Sequence record: PV153712.1
Length of the DNA: 48,297 nucleotides
Strand: one strand, 5' to 3'
Source: Salmonella phage vB_GS156
In this document: positions 45,063 through 48,297 of the stretch, piece by piece
How the letters are laid out: each line of letters begins with the position of its first letter
Position numbering within the stretch: the first letter of the stretch is position 1
The notes under the pieces: generated by a model
Databases searched by the model: none
Told to the model about the DNA's origin: nothing
What the model saw: only the letters and a program-made list of their open reading frames with translations
Position numbers and translations under genes: made by a program

Positions 45063-45308
45063 TTTGATCCTCTCTACTTTAGCTAACAATTTACCGTCTA
45101 TAATGCTGTGACACTTAAGTGTTTTAGGATCAAACCACATTGATTTATGGAAAGTATGACCAATCAGCAAAGATGTGTGCTTGTCACGTATACGGTATAC
45201 TGTTTCACCATCCTTTAGCGCTGAAATGTCACTAAACACAACATTATAGCGGTATTTTTGCATAGCCTCAGATCGGTGGGGCGTGTAATTTTTTTCTGGT
45301 AGGATCAT
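45060..45308 (-). CDS. Hypothetical protein
   Basis: TAG stop is part of the operator. Confidence 0.6.
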   Translation of the reverse strand: MILPEKNYTPHRSEAMQKYRYNVVFSDISALKDGETVYRIRDKHTSLLIGHTFHKSMWFDPKTLKCHSIIDGKLLAKVERIK

Positions 45309-45802
45309 GCTGTAACTCCGTGGTTTTTGTGATAACCATAAACCATATCTGCTTTTATTCTTTCCTTTCTTGCTGATTCAACTGTATCAAATAATCCCAA
45401 ATATTTTTTCCTACCATTAACATTTAGTGCGGCCTCCCATTTTTTAGCGCGTTCATTCCAATAAACTCCCATCTCACCAGATGAAGATAAAACCTTTCCT
45501 TTGTTCTTTAAGTTTTCAGATCTTGAAACTAATCTTAGATTTTCAATTCTGTTATCAGTTCTATCATGGTTTATGTGGTCAATATCAAATCCTTTAGGTA
45601 TCTCTCCATAGTGCATAAACCATACAATTCTATGAGCATATGCCTTTACACCTTTTGCACCAACTGACACATAACCATTTTTTGTTACAGCACCAGCAAG
45701 AAGATCCTTTCTAACACCGTTGCGCCACTCAAGCCAATATAGATTGCCGTTATCGTAGCGCAACATTGAGGAAAGTAGCTTAAGCCTTTCCAATTCTGTC
45801 AT
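45305..45802 (-). CDS. HNH homing-type endonuclease with AP2-like C-terminus
   Basis: AHRIVWFMHYGEIPKGFDIDHINHDRTDNRIENLRLVSRSEN...RKKYLGLFD. Confidence 0.9.
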   Translation of the reverse strand: MTELERLKLLSSMLRYDNGNLYWLEWRNGVRKDLLAGAVTKNGYVSVGAKGVKAYAHRIVWFMHYGEIPKGFDIDHINHDRTDNRIENLRLVSRSENLKNKGKVLSSSGEMGVYWNERAKKWEAALNVNGRKKYLGLFDTVESARKERIKADMVYGYHKNHGVTA

Positions 45803-46161
45803 TTGTAAAGAGCCTCAAACAGATAAGTGCCGCCAGCGGCAGAGAATCCGCATTCCTCTCTATAGAGCGTAAATCGATCACCGTTTTCATCGAACACGTA
45901 TCCAGCAACAGCTCCTAACACGCGACCTTGTTCAATCTGGTAACGCTTATCAGCTTTGAATGTTTTCTTGATCTGCATAGAGTGGTTTACCCATGTGCAT
46001 TTAATTGTTTTTGTTTTTACGTTGCGGAATGTTAATCCGATTAAGTTGGCGTGAATCCATTTCCCATCTAACTTAACGAAAGTATCATCATTTTCATCAA
46101 CTCGCGCCTTGTATAGACGGTTATCAGATCCGATAAGTTTAATTGATTTGAAATTAGACAT
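45799..46161 (-). CDS. Hypothetical protein
   Basis: MSNFKSIKLIGSDNRLYKAR...; aaggag RBS. Confidence 0.6.
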   Translation of the reverse strand: MSNFKSIKLIGSDNRLYKARVDENDDTFVKLDGKWIHANLIGLTFRNVKTKTIKCTWVNHSMQIKKTFKADKRYQIEQGRVLGAVAGYVFDENGDRFTLYREECGFSAAGGTYLFEALYK

Positions 46162-46192
46162 TTGATTTATCTCCTTTTGTCTCGTTGAAAGC

Positions 46193-46235
46193 ATTATGCC
46201 TGATACGTGATCCGGCGTTTTAACAAAAAGTGCTA
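46193..46235 (-). promoter_or_regulatory. Operator (46221-46235) plus -10 CATAAT (46193-46198), leftward
   Basis: - strand TAGCACTTTTTGTTA...CATAAT. Confidence 0.8.
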
Positions 46236-46928
46236 TTTATGATTTGCCAGCATTACGGCGAGAGCAAAACCGCGCGGAGTGAGAGAACGGATCAGCTTTG
46301 TGCGTTTTGACTTGCCGCCTAACTTCTGCCAGCCTGGGTTATCGCTTCCGGTTGGCAATACTGCGTTAATTTCAGGAATAACAAAACCGTTACCAGTCCA
46401 AAGGCATGTTTTTTTGGTGTACGCATCGCGAGCTGGAATGATATCAGGGAAGTGAGGATGTTTATCATCTTCCGGCAAATAACCGCCATAGTCGCAAGGG
46501 TGAAAGATGTAATCAGGTTTTCGCCACATAGACGACAAAACGCTAACAGGATTCTCTATCATGTAAGGCACATCAAAGTAATCGGCAATCTTTGCCGCAA
46601 TGGTGCAGGTATATACTGCCTTAACCTGGAATAATGGATCATTAAGCCTCTTACGCGCAAAGTGACGCGAGCCACTAACAGCCAAGTCAGTGCATGGAGG
46701 GAAAGCGATAATGAAATCAGGCTTACCCCATCGTTTATACATTGCGCTTTCTGCAAATCCTGAATCAATCCATACGTTGATGTATGAAATGTTCGGATGA
46801 TTTACCCGTACTGAATGGTAGTCACCATGATCTGCATCATCATAATTGAAACAGATTACTTTGTGACCACGTTCAGCCCACGGCAACGCATCATAACCTG
46901 AACCGCTAAAAAGAGAAAAAACTAACAT
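46233..46928 (-). CDS. DNA cytosine-5 methyltransferase-like protein, small
   Basis: LVFSLFSGSGYDALPW, AFPPCTDLAVSG, YMIENPVSVLSS. Confidence 0.75.
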   Translation of the reverse strand: MLVFSLFSGSGYDALPWAERGHKVICFNYDDADHGDYHSVRVNHPNISYINVWIDSGFAESAMYKRWGKPDFIIAFPPCTDLAVSGSRHFARKRLNDPLFQVKAVYTCTIAAKIADYFDVPYMIENPVSVLSSMWRKPDYIFHPCDYGGYLPEDDKHPHFPDIIPARDAYTKKTCLWTGNGFVIPEINAVLPTGSDNPGWQKLGGKSKRTKLIRSLTPRGFALAVMLANHK

Positions 46929-47124
46929 ACTTAAATCCTTTGTGTATGGCCTTGTGAGGCGTTTTGTTTGTGGTGTCGCAACTGTATTGGCTACGGCCTG
47001 AAATCGCGCCATAATGCGAAACAGGCCGCTATTTTTACTTACAGAATGGGCATGTTGTTTTATTCCCGCTTCCGCCGTGTTTTGGACAGCAAATTTTTTC
47101 GACAGGTGTCATTTTAAATACTCC

Positions 47125-47349
47125 TTAGAATGGGAAGCAACGCTTGCAAGATGGATCGAAGTTACAACCGCAATCATTGATTATTGCGTTAGGATCAGCA
47201 AGCATCACGCTACTTTCTTGATCCATATCCATAGCGCCTAATGCGTCATCAAGCGTTATTTCAAGATAGGCAACTTTAAGCGCCCATTCCTTGTTAAGTC
47301 CAGCCGCCTCCGCTTCATGTAGGCGAGCAAAGAAAGCATCTTGAACCAT
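47125..47349 (-). CDS. Hypothetical protein, Cys-containing C-terminus
   Basis: MVQDAFFARLHEAEAAG...; within ORF 47125-47367. Confidence 0.55.
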   Translation of the reverse strand: MVQDAFFARLHEAEAAGLNKEWALKVAYLEITLDDALGAMDMDQESSVMLADPNAIINDCGCNFDPSCKRCFPF

Positions 47350-47350
47350 A

Positions 47351-47572
47351 TCAACCCCACTTCTCAATAAACATGCTCATTTCGTCAACCATCGCGTAAG
47401 CATCGCTTTCAGTCATGCGACGGATTTTTCCGCCTGGGTGTTCGCCAACAGCGTAACCAGTTTTTACGCGGGTAATCGTTAACTGATGGAATCCAGAAGC
47501 GCGATCCATTTTCAAAACTACTTTCCCGTGAGCTTTGACAATGTTCATGATGGATTCAGTTTTCAGTTTCAT
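47351..47572 (-). CDS. Hypothetical protein
   Basis: Directly downstream of 47632 promoter. Confidence 0.6.
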   Translation of the reverse strand: MKLKTESIMNIVKAHGKVVLKMDRASGFHQLTITRVKTGYAVGEHPGGKIRRMTESDAYAMVDEMSMFIEKWG

Positions 47573-47603
47573 TTTTGATTCTCCATTTTGTTTATGTGAA
47601 AGT

Positions 47604-47646
47604 ATGATACCAATCAGAGCGATATCGTTTTTAGCAATTCGTGCTA
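47604..47646 (-). promoter_or_regulatory. Operator (47632-47646, exact half-sites) plus -10 TATCAT (47604-47609), leftward
   Basis: - strand TAGCACGAATTGCTA...TATCAT. Confidence 0.8.
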
Positions 47647-47794
47647 TTTACTGCGATAAACGGATATCCTGTTAAATATGCATTTCTATAACGTGCAGAC
47701 CTAACCCAACAGCCGCCTTTGCTCATAATTAAAGCGTTTTTATGGCGAATGTTCACGCGGTAAATTCTTCCGGTTTTTATGTTTTTTAAATATG

Positions 47795-48028
47795 TCATAA
47801 TTTAACCTCATGATATTCTATGAATTCTTGCACATATGCGCATTCGCGCGGCGACTCCTGGCCTTTTAGGACTTCACAACCACCATTAAACAGATAGCAA
47901 TGATGGCAAAGGTTGCCGCCTACGTTTTCCTCAGCGATCTGAATTCCGGTACACAAACCGCCACCAAACCTATGAGGAAAATCGTAAGCCTGGCAGCGGC
48001 ACGTTGCTTGATTCCGCTTACGTTTCAT
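47795..48028 (-). CDS. Cys-rich small protein, possible zinc-binding
   Basis: CRCQAYD...CTGIQ...LCHHCYLFNGGCEVL... Confidence 0.55.
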   Translation of the reverse strand: MKRKRNQATCRCQAYDFPHRFGGGLCTGIQIAEENVGGNLCHHCYLFNGGCEVLKGQESPRECAYVQEFIEYHEVKL

Positions 48029-48294
48029 TAGATGTTCTCGCTAATAAACTGGATAACCTGGCGAAGATGTTTTTCATCCTTAATTGTCGCTGGTAATTCT
48101 TCCTTAACTTCTTTGCTTAGATAGATATTACCTTTCCATGTAAAGCTACCATCATCATTAATGTAATAAGAGCAAAGCCATTCGCAATCATTATCAGCCT
48201 CCCAAATGCACAATACATCCATATCATTAAATTGCTCAACGCTTAACTCAATGCCACGTTTGCCAGCGAAGTTAGTAGTTGTTTTTGATACCAT
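48028..48294 (-). CDS. Hypothetical protein at window edge
   Basis: ATGA overlap with next gene; start at window edge. Confidence 0.5.
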   Translation of the reverse strand: MVSKTTTNFAGKRGIELSVEQFNDMDVLCIWEADNDCEWLCSYYINDDGSFTWKGNIYLSKEVKEELPATIKDEKHLRQVIQFISENI

Positions 48295-48297
48295 CAT

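Noticed and set aside
47014-47241. Plus-strand ORF MRNRPLFLLTEWACCF...
   Set aside because: Opposes the leftward gene block and overlaps a better-supported minus-strand ORF (47125-47349).
1-48297. CRISPR array or repeat-spacer structure
   Set aside because: The operator repeats are 15-bp palindromes at promoters with irregular, gene-containing intervals, not regular repeat-spacer units.

Overview
The window looks like a near-complete or complete genome of a lambda-like, long-tailed (siphovirus-type) enterobacterial phage. No integrase or DNA polymerase was recognised. Layout: (i) 0.4-8.7 kb, rightward early/accessory genes, many tiny; (ii) 8.8-28.7 kb, rightward packaging/head/tail genes (TerS, TerL, DUF1073-type portal, MuF, DUF2213-type protease/scaffold, cement proteins, DUF2184-type capsid, connectors, tail tube, G/GT chaperones, tape measure, M/L/K/I/J-like tip); (iii) 29.2-31.8 kb, RecE-like exonuclease / ERF / SSB; (iv) 31.8-35.7 kb, leftward S74-chaperoned tail fibre, zinc-ribbon/Toprim-like primase and an HTH regulator; (v) 35.8-42.9 kb, rightward helicase, VRR-NUC, Dam-like MTase, HTH-metallophosphoesterase and lysis genes; (vi) 42.9-48.3 kb, leftward DUF3987-type protein, HNH, cytosine-MTase-like and small genes. 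The most striking unexplained signal is a dispersed element TAGCA-N5-TGCTA (often TAGCACTTTTTGYTA). It occurs at 15 promoters, centred 34-35 bp upstream of the downstream end of a -10 hexamer (about -42, a class-II activator position) and replacing a recognisable -35. The TAG of the element is often the stop codon of the upstream gene, and terminator-like hairpins sit in some spacers. Variant copies lie in the leaders of the capsid, fibre, gpJ and HTH-regulator genes. A second pattern is a terminator whose loop and 3' arm carry the -35 of the next late gene. The gpG/gpGT frameshift signal (A AAA AAC plus an 8-bp stem) is also clear. All family names come from my own reading of the translations; no database searches or computations were run.
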